Part shown: piece after piece, positions 20,801 to 33,000 of the stretch
Layout of the letters: each line of letters begins with the position of its first letter
Position numbering within the stretch: the first letter of the stretch is position 1
Assembly: GCA_963778115.1 (NCBI GenBank)
Contig: CAVZSV010000004.1
Coordinates: forward strand, 1,888,001-1,952,000
Direction of reading: 5' to 3'
DNA: 64,000 nt
Origin: an uncultured delta proteobacterium
GTDB taxonomy: Bacteria; Bdellovibrionota; FAC87; UBA2466
Translations under genes and position numbers: made by a program
The notes under the pieces: model-generated
Told to the model about the DNA's origin: nothing
Database searches by the model: none
What the model saw: the letters and a program-made list of their open reading frames with translations, nothing else

Positions 20801-23800
20801 GGAATTAGGGTTACTGGTTCCAATGGTGGCGGCGGGTACAATCGTATACGTAGCAGAAGTGCAATTTGAGGGAGCCGTTGAGCCCGCCTGATACGCCAGT
20901 TGATAGGCAGCCGTGGTTCCTCCGCCCGTTGACCAGAGAAAGCCTACCGAAGTCGTTCCCACCTGATAGGCGGTGAAGCCTTGCACATCGGGAGGAGCCG
21001 CAGATGAAGTTTGTGAGCCCAAACAATAAAGTGAGTACGAATTGGTACAAGCCGGAGTCGCCGATACCATCATTCCGTTACCGGTATTGGAAGCGTCATT
21101 GCCATCTTGTCCGGTTCCGGCGTCGCTCGTCCAGTTCGTACAGGTCTGACCGGAGTTCAGTGCGCCAGTTCCCAGAGACCCTGTCCACGTATTGCCGCTT
21201 CCAGGTGCCGTGCCGGCAGCGTTGTAGTTAAACAAGAAGCTGTGTGCGGTGGCGCCCCAGAAATTGGCTGCGGATGTGGCGTTCTGTGCACCTCCCGCTT
21301 TGTTGTTGTAAATATTCGTCGCCGTTAAACTAATTCGTGACGAAGCATTCGTACTTTGATCGGACAAGATAGCTTTCCACGTGCCGGCTAACCCTCCGTT
21401 GATGGCTTCGTTCTGACAAATAAAATCTGCAAAATAAACACTACCAAAGGTCGCGTGGTAGATGCCTAAAGTCGAAAACAGAGTTTGGTTCGCCGGTGTC
21501 GTAAGACTCGTGGTAGTTGCCGTAACCGGTGAAGCCACTGGAGTCATGCTAGAGAGATCGCTATTCACGGAACAGAGTAAGAAAGTATACTGCGTTCCCG
21601 AAGTAAGTCCGGTAACCGTATAAGAGGTCGGATTGACTCCCAAGGTGGTGGCAGCCACTACCGTTCCCGTGGAACAGTTTGAGGGAGCGGAAGCTCCCGC
21701 CTTGTAAGAAAGCTGGTACCCTGCCGTAGTTCCTCCGCCACTCACCCAAGTCAAAGGAACCGTCGAAGTCGTGACAGTACCGGCCGCAAAACTAGTGGGG
21801 GCGGGGGGTGCGGCAGAAGCCGTCTGCTGATTGATGCAATACAGATCTAGGGTGTTATTGCCGCAATTCGTACTGGCGTTATCGAAAACTGTCGTGGAAT
21901 TCGTATTGCTGCTCACTCCATACTCACCGTTAACTGCCGCGGAATTTGTCGTCCAGCTATTACAGGTAAATCCGGTCTTAATGCCTCCGGCTCCGGTCGA
22001 ACCGGTCCAAGGTACATTGGAAGAAGAGACATTCCCGGCTGAGTTGTATCGTAAGGGATAGGTGAAGAGTGCCGACCAAAAGCCAGCGGAACCGCTCAAG
22101 AATTGAATCCCCCCGGAATTTATCGAGCGGTTATTGTAGATACCAGAGGAGAGTGCAATGCGAGAGCTCGCCGCATTCGAATCGTCAGACAGAATCGCTT
22201 TCCAAACTCCGGGCAAGCCCGTGTTGTTAGCTTCCTGTTGGCAGAGGAAGTCTCCGTAATAAAGGCCTCCAAAGTTCGCCAGCGTGATATTCGTCGTCGA
22301 AAAGATTACTTGAGTAGAACCGTAACTTACGACAGGGGCTGAACTGCTCGACTGCGTGGTCACTGACGTTATCGTCCTACCCGTCGATACACTGGTGACG
22401 TCACTATTCACCGCGCACAGCCGGAAAGAATAGGTCGTGGACGCACTTAGGCCCGACACCACGTAGGTCGTGGGACTGACCCCAATGGTCGTCGCCGGGA
22501 TCAGGGTGCCGGAAGAGCAGTTCGCCGAAGGAGCCGTCGTTCCCGTGGTGTAAGCTAGTTCGTACCCTGCCGTCGATCCGCCCCCGGAAGAAAAAGAAAA
22601 TCCGATGGAAGTAGAGCCGATGCTGTAGGTAGCAAAGGTGGCCGCATCGGGGGGGGTGGCTGCAGACGCTTGTTGGTTGATGCAATAGAACGAATAGCGG
22701 TTGTTACACGTTTGAGCTCCATTCGCGATAACGTTGTTACTCGTATTATTTCCGTATTCAGCGCTGACGGTTGCGGTATTCGAGGTCCAGTTGGAGCAAT
22801 TCAAATTGGTATCGATAGCACCCGTAGCAAGGGATCCCGTCCAAGCGACCGCGCTTCCCGGTGAAGTTCCTGAAGCGTTGTACTGGAGCGAATAAGCCAT
22901 CTGGCTGTTCCAGAATTGGCTCGCATTCACCGCAACTTGTTGGATTCCGCCTGAACTAGTCGGTCGATTATTGTACACAATGCCGGGAATGGAAATTCTA
23001 GAAGAGGCGGCAGTAGTGGCGTCGGAAGCGACAAACTTCCAGGTTCCGGTTAAACCTGCGTTCGTCGCTTCGTTTTGACAAATGAAATCTCCAAAATATA
23101 AGCCGCCGAAATTACCTTGATAGGTTCCTGATGTTTCAAAAACCACTTCGTCGGTTGCTAAATTCACTAACGGACTAGAGCTACTCGATACCGTCGCTTG
23201 CGTAATTGAGGTGCCCGTCGAAAGCTGAGACTGATCGCTATTAACCGCGCAAAGAGTAAAACCGTACGTCGTCGAAGAGGCGAGACCCGTGACCGTATAG
23301 CTAACGGGATTCACCCCCAAGGTAGTGGGCGTCACGACAGAACCGGTCGTACAATTCGCGGGAGCGCTTCCTGCCTGGTAAGCCAATTGGTAACCGGCAG
23401 TCGTGCCTCCGCCCGAAGCGAAAGTGAGAATAATGGAATTCGAAGTCGCTTCAAACCAAGTAAATGAAGTGGGAGTTGGAGGAGTTGCCGAAGAAGTCTG
23501 CTGATTCGTGCAATAAAGCGAGTAATAGTTGGAACAGTTATTGGCGGCGGAGGTAGCAATTCCATTTCCGGCATTCCCATCCGAGCCGGTCTCCGCAAGT
23601 GAGGTATTGAGATTGGTCGTCCAATTGGTGCAACTTAGGCCCGCATTAATGAGTCCGGCAGCCGTGGATCCGGTCCACGTATTGCCTGACCCGGGAGAGG
23701 TCCCGGCGGCATTATAGTTGTTGGCATATCCAAAAGAGCTTCCCCAAAACGCAGCCGCATTGGCGGAAACCAATTGCGATCCGCCGGCGGAGACTGGTCG

Positions 23801-26800
23801 GTTGTTATAAACGGAGCCAGGAATCAAAATGTGAGAAGTAGCCGCGGTGGTTCCGTCGGCCATCACTGCTTTCCAAATGCCTCCCAACGATTGGGAATTG
23901 GCTTCGTTTTGGCAAATGAAATCGCCGAAATAGAGGCCTCCGAAATTTCCTTGATAAGTCCCTGAGGTCGAAAATAGAACTTGCTTCGTCCCCAAGTTAC
24001 TGACGGGGCCGGAACTCGAATCCTGCGTCGCTTCGGTGAAGGTGACGCTAGCAGATTTTTGACTCTGATCGCTATTAACGGCGCATAATGCAAACCCATA
24101 TGTCGTCGACGAACTGAGTCCAGTCACCGAATAGGATGTAGGATTTACCCCTAGCGTCGATGGAGTTAGTACCGTTCCCGAAGTACAATTCGCGGGAGCG
24201 CTGCCCGTCTGATAGGAGAGCTGATAAGCTGCGGTCGTCCCCCCCCCCGGATGCCCAAGTGACCGTGATGTAATTATTCGCCGAAATGGTCCACGTAAAT
24301 CCACTGGGCGCCGGCGGTGCCGCGGCCGCGCTCTGTTGGTTGGTACAATAGACCGTATAGTAATTGTTACAGGTGGTGTTTGCGGTAGCTATCTCATTTC
24401 CACCGCCGTTATTGTTGGCATACTCACCCGTACTTCCCGAAGCGTTCGTCGACCAACTGCTACAGGTCTGTCCCGTATTCGGGGCGCCCGCTGCCGTCGA
24501 TCCGGTCCAAACCACAGCCGATCCTGGCGAAGTTCCCGAAGCGTTATATTGCATCGAATAGGCGATGGAACTTCCCCAGAAAGTGGCAGCATTGGAAGCG
24601 AGTAATTGATAACCTCCTGATGACGTCGGTCGATTATTGTAAATCGATCCTGTCATTGAAATGCGTGAGGATGCTGCCGTGGAGTCATCCGAAATGATCG
24701 ATGCCCAAGTTCCGTTGAGCCCGGCATTCGCGGCTTCTCCCTCGCAAATGAAATCGGCGAAATAGACACCACCAAAACTTCCTTGATATGTCCCTGAAGT
24801 CTGGAACACGACTTGGCGGCTACCTAAATTGGTAATGGTACCCGTACCCAAGGGTTCTGTTGATTGAGTGAACGAAGCGACAGCAGAAGAGAGAGACAGA
24901 TCGCTATTGTAAGCGCAGATCGTAAATCCATAAGTCGTATTTGCCGTAAGACCCGTTACTGAATAGGAGGTCGGATTGATCCCCAAAGTCGACGGAGTAA
25001 TGACGGTTCCGCTCGAACAAGTACTTGGCGCCGTTCCGGATTGATAGGCTAACTGATAAGCTGCGGTCGTTCCCCCGCCGGAAGCCCACGTTAAACCGAT
25101 AGAAGTTGGAGATGCGGTAGCCCACGTGAACCCACTGGGGGTAGGTGGCGCCGCCGACGCCGTTTGCTGATTGGTACAGTAAACAGGACTATAGTTGTTA
25201 CAGCCACGATTTCCATTCGCTAAATCGGCATTGGTCGTGTTGGAGTTTCCGTACTCACCCGTTGTGCCGGAACCCGACGTGGACCAACTCGTACAGGTCT
25301 GGCCTACATTGATGGCACCGGCCGCGGTGGTTCCCGTCCAAACGATGTTAGAACCTGGATTAGTTCCCCCGCCATTGTAGTAGAGAACTTGCGAGATGGT
25401 CCCGCTAAACAGAGAAGCGGCGTTAGCCGCTATCTGCTGCAAACCACCCGAACTATAAGGTCGGTTATTGTAAACCACTGCAGGGACCAAGACCCGAGAG
25501 GTTGCGGCTGTCGAATCGTCGGACAATAGCGCTTTCCAAATTCCACCTAGATTGTTGGAGTTGGCCTCCTTCTGGCAGATATAATCCGCGAAATAGAGAC
25601 CTCCGAAATTACCTTGATAGGTGGTGGCACTCGCAAAAATTACTTGGGTATTACTCAAGTTTTGTAGGGGTGCCGAACTAGAGCCCTGTGTGGCTTCAAC
25701 CACTGTCGCCCCGGATGATGCCAAAGTGGAATCACTATTAAGGGCACAGATCCGAAATCCATAGGTTGTCGACGAACTCAGCCCGGTTACCACGTACGTC
25801 GTCGGATTCACACCCAAAGTCGAAGCCGAAATGAGAGTTCCCGAGGTACAAGAGCTGGGTGCGGAGCCGGTTTGGTAGGCGATTTCATAAGCCGCAGTGC
25901 TTCCTCCGCCTGAGGCCCATGATAGCCCGATGGAAGTCGCCGAAGAGACATACCAAGTGAATCCCGTCGGATTGGGAGGTGCTGCCGAGGAGACTTGTTG
26001 GTTCGTGCAATAAAGCGAATACAAATTGTTACAGGTATTGTTATTAGTCGCGATATCGTTGGGAGTCGTATTACTCTGTCCGTACTCACCACTTACCGTA
26101 TTTTGGGCTGTCGTCCAGCTGCTGCAATTTAACACCCCGTTTACCGCTCCTGCCGCCGTGGATCCCGTCCAGGAAACGTTTGAGCCAGGATTCGAACCGG
26201 AGGCGTTATAATAGAGCTGGTTAGCGAATGAACTTCCCCAAAACGACGCTTGGTTGGGGGCAACTTGCTGAATTCCACCCGAACTCACCGGACGGAAGTT
26301 ATAAACAATGCCTGGAATGGCGATGCGAGAACTTGCCGCCGTCGAGGCATCCGAAAGAATGGCTTTCCAGGTACCGGCCACATTGGCGGCGGTTGCCTCT
26401 TTTTGACAGATATAGTCACCGAAATAGACTCCACCAAAGGAACCTTGATAGGTTCCTTGGGTGGCAAAGACCACTTGTGACGAACCCAAACTCGTGACCG
26501 TTCCGCTCGAAGTTGTCGTCACCGTCAGCGAAGTTCCTGAAGATGCCGCGGTGAGATCGCTATTTTCCGCACACAATAAGAATGTGTACTGCGTGCTGGC
26601 ACTTAGTCCTGTGACCGTATACGAAACCGGGTTGTACCCCAAAGTCGTGGCAGAGATTACGGTTCCCGAATTGCAATTAGCGGGTGGCGTAGCTCCCGTC
26701 TGATAGGACATTTGATAGGCAGCGGTAGTTCCTCCCCCTGAGGCCCACGTGAAGTTAACCGACGTCGACCCTGTCTGGTAGACCGCAAACGAAGTCGGAT

Positions 26801-29360
26801 TGGGCGGCGTCGCCGCTGAACTCTGTAAATTAATACAGTAAATGGAATAGGTGTTATTGCAATTTTGTGCACTGTTTTGAAAGACGTTAGTATTTACCGT
26901 CGCATCTTGACCGATTTCTCCCTGAACCGCGTTGGAGGAGGTGGACCAACTCGTACAATTTTTTCCCGTATCTATAAGTCCCGTGGAAAGAGCGCCCGAC
27001 CAGGCATTCGCACTCCCGGGGCTTCCTCCGCTGGCGTTATAGCTAACGGCGTTGGTGAAATTAGTGGATCCCGAGGACCAAAACTTGGATTGGATAGCAA
27101 CGGGAAGCTGCCCTCCCGAACCCAGAGGACGTAGATTATAGACGTCCTGGGAGAGGGAAATATGGCTAGTCGCGGCCACCGAGTTGTCCGCCAACACCGC
27201 ACGCCACGTTCCCGTTAAACTGGCATTACTCGCTTCTTTCTCGCATACAAAATCCGCGAAATAAAGCCCCCCGAAGTTTCCATTGTAAGTTCCTACCGTC
27301 GCAAAAATACTGTGGGGGGTGTTAGTGGATTGAGTCGTGGTGGCACCGGTTGAAAATTGCCCTGCACTCGCATTTTCCGAACAGACGATGAACGAATATT
27401 GAGTTGCGGGTTGAAGACCTGTCACGCTGTAGCTCGTAGCAAGCCCAATGGTGCCTGCTCCTATCACGGTACCAGAACTACAGTTCGCCGGAGCTGTCGC
27501 TCCTGTCTGATAAGCCACTTGGAAAGCGCTTGTGGATCCGCCCCCCGAAGTCCACGATAAATTTATTTGAGTATAGCCTGATGGCGTTGCCGTAAATCCG
27601 CTGGGATTTGGAGACGCAACGTAGACGTTGGCACTCACATTTCCGCTAACGCCGTTAAAAGCGGCTGTTATCGTATAAGCTCCCGCCGACGAAAGAGTGG
27701 CCAGCCCCGAGCTATTGATACTTGCGACGCCGGTGGCGTTCGAGCTCCAGGTGACGATGCTAGTTATGTCTTGAGTAGAACCGTCAGCATAGTGCGCTGT
27801 CGCCGTATATTGCTGTGTCCCGCCCTGAGGAAGATAAGTGGTATTGGGAGTGACGACAATCGAAGTCAGACCGCCAGCTCCGACTACCGAAGACGTCGCG
27901 TTTGCCGTCGTTACCTGATTATTGTACGCCGCACGAAACACCTCTTGGGTAGTTCCGTCGCCGGTAGGGTTATAAGTCAGAGTCACCGTGCAAGACGCAA
28001 ATCCCTTAAGTGTCGATCCGCAAGTGCCACCCGTCCCCATCCACGCCCCACTGTCCGACCAGGGAGAGGTGAGTTTCAGAGAATTGTTGCTGGGGTCACC
28101 GAGAGTACTGATGTAATCTCCCGTTAAATTTTGGATAGTAGCCGTGATCGTAGTGGAACCGGGAGGACTCGACACCGACGCTGGCGTTGAAGGAACCGAT
28201 ACGGAAAGATAAGCCTGGTTCGAACGGGTAGCAATTAAGCTTCCGCCGGCATTGTTGTAGCCCGGACTTTGAAAAGCACAGCTTATTACGTCTTGAGTGG
28301 AAGTACTGCCAATTTGGCAAACGACGTTTCCCGTACCAGAAACGCCGACGAGTGAAATCGTTCCCTTGCAAAATCCGTTGTAGGGCGAGTTTAGCGTCGT
28401 ACAGGTGATGGTTCCATAATTAGTAAAATTGGTCGGGTCGGAAAAATTATTGATCGTATTTAAAGTGAAAGTAGTCCCCGCGGTATTAGGCACTACGTAC
28501 AGATTGGCCTGCGTTTGACTGGAAACACTGGTAAATTCCGTAAAGAGTCCCGACAAAACCTGATTCCCCAAGTTAGACATGTATCCTGAAGTTAAGGTGG
28601 TTTGCGGCACTAAGGTAGCGACGACCGGATTTCCATTTCCTCCCACGTAAATGCCGAGCGAGCTCCCGAATAGAAATTGTCCATACAAGTCCAAAGGCGG
28701 ATAAGAAGCGTTTTCTGTTTTTACTAGCGCGTTATGACAAGCCCCCCACAGGGTATTATCAAATCCGTAGGAAGTACTGTAAGTATTAGGACCCACGAGA
28801 TCGAAACTATTGGATGAACTAAAAGCGTTACTCGCGGCACCGGAGGTATAGGTTACCGTCCCTCCTACGAGTGTCGTCGTTTTCGTAGTGTCCATCGGCT
28901 CGCGCGAAGTGTCTGGACTGCGAAAACGAGTTACTAAGTAGGTATACGTTCCACTGGAGGGGCACGTCGTATTAGAATTGACCGCCGAGAAGTAATTGGG
29001 AGTTAGAAAACTTTGAATTACCTGAAGGGTGTCGTACTGAAGTCCATATCTGGTTCCGCTCACACCTGAAAAACGACCCGTGCCTCCGCTCAATTGGTAC
29101 TCGAAAACACCGGCATACGGATTGACTAAAGTAGCACTCGTGACACTCCCTGCAGGTCCCGAAACCGTTGCCGCCGAAAAAGATCCGCTGGTTCCGGGAG
29201 TCAAAGCCGGAGACGTAACGGAAAGAACGGTTTGAACCTCGGCGAAAGCGGAAGTCGCAAAAAATAGGCACACCACGAGTGACGTGGTTAAGTGACCTAT
29301 TCCTAGGTTTTTAAGACGCGCTTCGGCTCTTGCAGCCAAGCGCATCCTCAAAGTTGTCAT
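14897..29360 (-). CDS. Giant secreted repeat protein (putative adhesin): signal peptide, unknown N-domain, Ig-like domains, then alternating FN3 and DUF1554/endostatin-like lectin-fold modules; frameshifted at G10 (24239-24248)
   Basis: ORFs 24075-29360 and 14897-24304 join into one 4,820-aa frame if one G is removed, restoring the repeat consensus WASGGGTTAAYQL; 15 FGG.Y..D..C...W.G...C..WT...LYC modules at ~830-bp period. Confidence 0.85.
14900..27620 (-). repeat. Tandem array of ~830-bp (FN3 + lectin-like) coding units, 15 full units plus a terminal FN3
   Basis: Recurring GxFGGxYxxDxxC motif near 27270, 26430, 25600, 24770, 23935, 23100, 22270, 21440, 20600, 19785, 18960, 18135, 17300, 16470 and 15650; units diverged at DNA level. 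Confidence 0.9.
24239..24248 (-). repeat. Poly-G10 homopolymer causing a +1 frameshift
   Basis: Plus strand shows ten consecutive C; nine would encode GGG GGG GGG in frame. Confidence 0.9.
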
Positions 29361-29426
29361 GAGCGTCTCGTTAAATGCACTAACTCGAGTTGTTGCCTTA
29401 CGAGAAAACAGATATCCGTAGTCTTC

Positions 29427-29453
29427 TTATCGGAAGGGAGCGTAAGTATATTA
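29427..29453 (-). promoter_or_regulatory. Putative sigma28 (FliA) promoter of the giant protein gene
   Basis: Minus strand TAAT-N15-TCCGATAA versus consensus TAAA-N15-GCCGATAA, 66 bp upstream of ATG. Confidence 0.6.
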
Positions 29454-29484
29454 GGGATATTAATGAACCTTAATGCCGAAGCTG

Positions 29485-29760
29485 CTAATTCGACGGACCG
29501 TAATAGGTGGTGTACTTCAGAGGCGGCGGGGGAGGATATACCACTCCGGGAATTCCCGAGACCTGAAATCCTGAATCTGTCTTAATAACTGGACGCTCAT
29601 CGCCATCAGAAAGAGCTACGTTAGAAGGACCGGTTACCGGCGGAAGTGCTGATGCTGCAGGAGCGCGCTGGCCCTTACTGCACGTAGTCAAAAAAAGGAC
29701 CGCGAGTAAGAGTGAAAGGATTGAAAGGATCTTTCGTGAAGTTGAGATAAAAAGTCGCAT
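29485..29760 (-). CDS. Small putative lipoprotein
   Basis: Basic-hydrophobic N-terminus ending FLTTC, Pro-rich body, GGAGG RBS. Confidence 0.55.
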   Translation of the reverse strand: MRLFISTSRKILSILSLLLAVLFLTTCSKGQRAPAASALPPVTGPSNVALSDGDERPVIKTDSGFQVSGIPGVVYPPPPPLKYTTYYGPSN

Positions 29761-29785
29761 CCTTGCCTCCGGCAGGTCGCTTCAC

Positions 29786-29812
29786 TTATCGGCTAAGATG
29801 GCCCGGAGTTAA
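29786..29812 (-). promoter_or_regulatory. Putative sigma28 (FliA) promoter
   Basis: Minus strand TTAA-N15-GCCGATAA (perfect -10), 25 bp upstream of the lipoprotein ATG. Confidence 0.7.
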
Positions 29813-30050
29813 AACGGAATATTGCGAAGCTATTGACCCGCATGGTTATGGCAGTGCGTCTTCTTGCCGCGATCGGCAAGAAATCACCGTTGTTCACGTT
29901 GCTTCAAGAGCATGAATTGTTAAACACTCGTAACGGAAAATGTTAAAATAGATGTTGTTTACGATTTCAGAACCTTATTTCACGCGTTGTTGAACTCCTG
30001 CCCCAAGTTCACCGAATAGCGCTTTTTTTTTCGTACCCTAGTTATCGAAA

Positions 30051-33000
30051 ATGCCAGACTCTCTGCCTACAGGTTTTCGTTCTCGCCAAAGACAAATCCA
30101 ATTTTACGTTTTCAATTTTCTTTTCGCGACTTTCATCTTCGCCATTGATTCCTATGCTGTCATAGACATCAACTTCGGTATCCCGTACATCGCATGGGTC
30201 GTCCTAACCTTCTACGGGGACGTTCCCGATTTTACTTTTATTGTAGCGGCCATCAGCACTCTGCTCATCTTTCTGGGGGCGGCCTTTTCTCCCTTAGGGC
30301 ATCTGCCGTTAAATATTATCGTAATCAACCGGGCGCTAACGATTTTTGCTGTTTGGGTCTCAGCCTTTTTCGTCAGACGGGCCAAGAGGGCCGAGATCAC
30401 GGTACAAAATGAGTTGTGGATCCACGCGGGACGATCGGGGCTATTCGAGCATATGCGTCATACAGGACCTCTAAAGACCGTTCTCCCGGAGGTATTAGAA
30501 TTCATCGTCAAATATACAGGGGCTCAAGTGGGCGCTCTGTATCTCATAAAAGACAATCTTTACTCCCCTCTTTGCTTTTCTGGTTATTCCCCTTCCGATT
30601 CACAGAATCTTCCTAGGGAACTGGGGTCTAGCCTCATTGGCGAAGTCATCAAGAAAAAGGGGGCCGTACACCTGACCGATATTCCTAAAGATTACCTGTC
30701 TATCGGAACGGGCTTAGGCAGGGCGGCTCCCCGAGAATTGATTCTTTTTCCGATGGCCACCCAGGAAAGAGTCGCAGCCGTGATTGAGCTTGGAACCTTT
30801 GCATCGGTCGTTCCGTTGACCGGCCAATTCATGGAAAGGATTTCCGATGCGGTGGCGAGTCGGATCGAAGTTCTCGAAGGGCATGAGCGGATCACGCAGT
30901 TGTTCGAACAATCAGAACAACAAAATATCTCGCTAAAGCGACAGCAAGAAGATCTGGAACGGGCCAATGAAAATTTGAAAAATCAATCTCAGGAGCTCGA
31001 GGCGCAACAAGAAGTACTCGAGCAAGTCAATCAACAACTCCACGAAGAGCAGATGGCCCAACTCGATCATCAACGACGATTAGAAAAAATAAATGAGGAG
31101 CTGCACCGATCGCAAATCGAAAACGAAGAAAAAGCTCATGCCCTTTGGTTGGCGAGCAAATATAAATCCGAATTCCTCGCAAACATGTCGCACGAGCTTA
31201 GAACTCCGTTAAACAGCATTCTCATCCTGGCGAAGCTCTTGGATGACGGGCTCGCAACCTCCAGCAATTTGGAACACCGCGAATACGCAGCCACCATTCA
31301 GTCCTCGGGAACTGAACTTTTGCACTTAATCAATGAAATCCTCGATCTTTCAAAAGTGGAGGCCGGCAGGATCGAACTTGAAATCGGAGTTGTCTCTCTT
31401 AGCGCATTAGCAGAAAAACTGGAACGGCAGTTCTCCGCAAATGCAAAAGCCAAGCATCTAAACCTGGTCATCTCCTGGGACGACGAATCACCACGAGCCC
31501 TCACAACAGACGGCCACCGTTTGGAGCAGATCCTTAGAAACTTCCTTGCGAATTCAATAAAGTTTACTCCGCCGAACGGCGAAGTCATGCTTCACTTCGG
31601 ACCCGCGGATGAATCTCGGGCTAAAAATTTTGCCGTATCGATCCAAGTCTCAGATACCGGGATTGGTATCCCCAAGGATAAATTAAGCGTTATCTTCGAA
31701 CCCTTTCGCCAAGTCGACACCGGAACGAGCCGAAAGTACGGAGGGTCGGGTCTTGGTCTAGCGATCGCCAAAGAGCTAGCAAATCTTCTAGGTGCGAAGA
31801 TAGAAGTCGAGAGTGTTGAGAACAAAGGAAGTACTTTCACCATCCATCTTCCCGATTTGGTCGAACAACTCTCTCATCAACCCGCTGGCACTACACCGCA
31901 TCCGCTAGAGAAACCGTCACCGGGCGAGATTCGACGAATCATCGACGATCGTAAGCTGCTCACGCCTAACGATCGCACGGTACTTCTGATCAACAATGAT
32001 CCCACACTAGCTTCTCTGATCTCCAACTTCTGCCATGTCCGAGGTTTAAAATGCATTTGCGCCGAAAAGGGAGAACTCGGATTAGAAGATGCGGAACGTT
32101 ATCAACCAATGGCCATTTTGTTAGATCTTAACCTCCCCAGCATCAACGGAATTACTGTCCTAGAGCGCCTCAAGCAATCTTCGAAGACCCGACACATTCC
32201 CGTTCACGTTTTTTCGGCGGAAGACCAGCGGATAAGGGTACTTCAAATGGGGGCCGTGGGCTTCCTTCAAAAGCCCATTACTAAAGAGGGATTAGAAAAC
32301 GCTATTGAAAAGATTGAGGATCAGCTTTCTAGACGATCCAAGACAGTCCTCGTCGTGGATGATAATGACCTGGAACGAGAGAATGTTCGACGCTTGCTCG
32401 GAAATGGAGAACTAAAGGTAGTTGACGCAAGTTCAATCTCTCAGGCTTTAGACAAAATAAAGAATAATTCCTTCGATTGTATCATTCTAAATCTTCGTAT
32501 CGGTGAGGGAACCGGTCTTGAACTTATTCGAAAACTAGAGCACGGAAAGAAACTACTCCCTCCCATTATCGTTCACACGGATCGGGATCTATCCTCTTCG
32601 GAAAATGAAATCTTCCAGAGAGTGGGACGTTCTTTGGTAGTTAAACAGGCGAAGTCTCCTGAACATCTTCTGGACGAGGTGGTTTTATTCCTGCATCGAG
32701 TAGAATCCAATCTCCCCGACGACAAACGAGAAATGCTAGAGCGAGTGCGCTACCATGAAGAGGCTTTTGAAGGAAAAAAACTTCTCATCGTGGACGATGA
32801 CATGCGAAACGTATTCGCCCTCAGAAAGGTCCTTAACCGAAAAGGATTGGACGTTGTTGTCGGGAAAAATGGGGTCGAGGGAATGAAACAACTTAAAGCG
32901 CACCCGGAGATATGCGCGGTACTTACGGATATTATGATGCCCGAAATGGACGGCCTCGAATTAATTCGAAGAATTCGGCGAGACGATAAGCTGACACTAC

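Noticed and set aside
14904..29271. Dozens of short plus-strand and alternate-frame ORFs inside the giant gene
   Set aside because: These are shadow ORFs produced by the repetitive Ser/Thr/Gly codon content; they carry no independent motifs.
14897..29360. Diversity-generating retroelement acting on the lectin-like domains
   Set aside because: There is no reverse transcriptase in the window and no near-identical template/variable repeat pair differing only at adenines; the units are diverged throughout.
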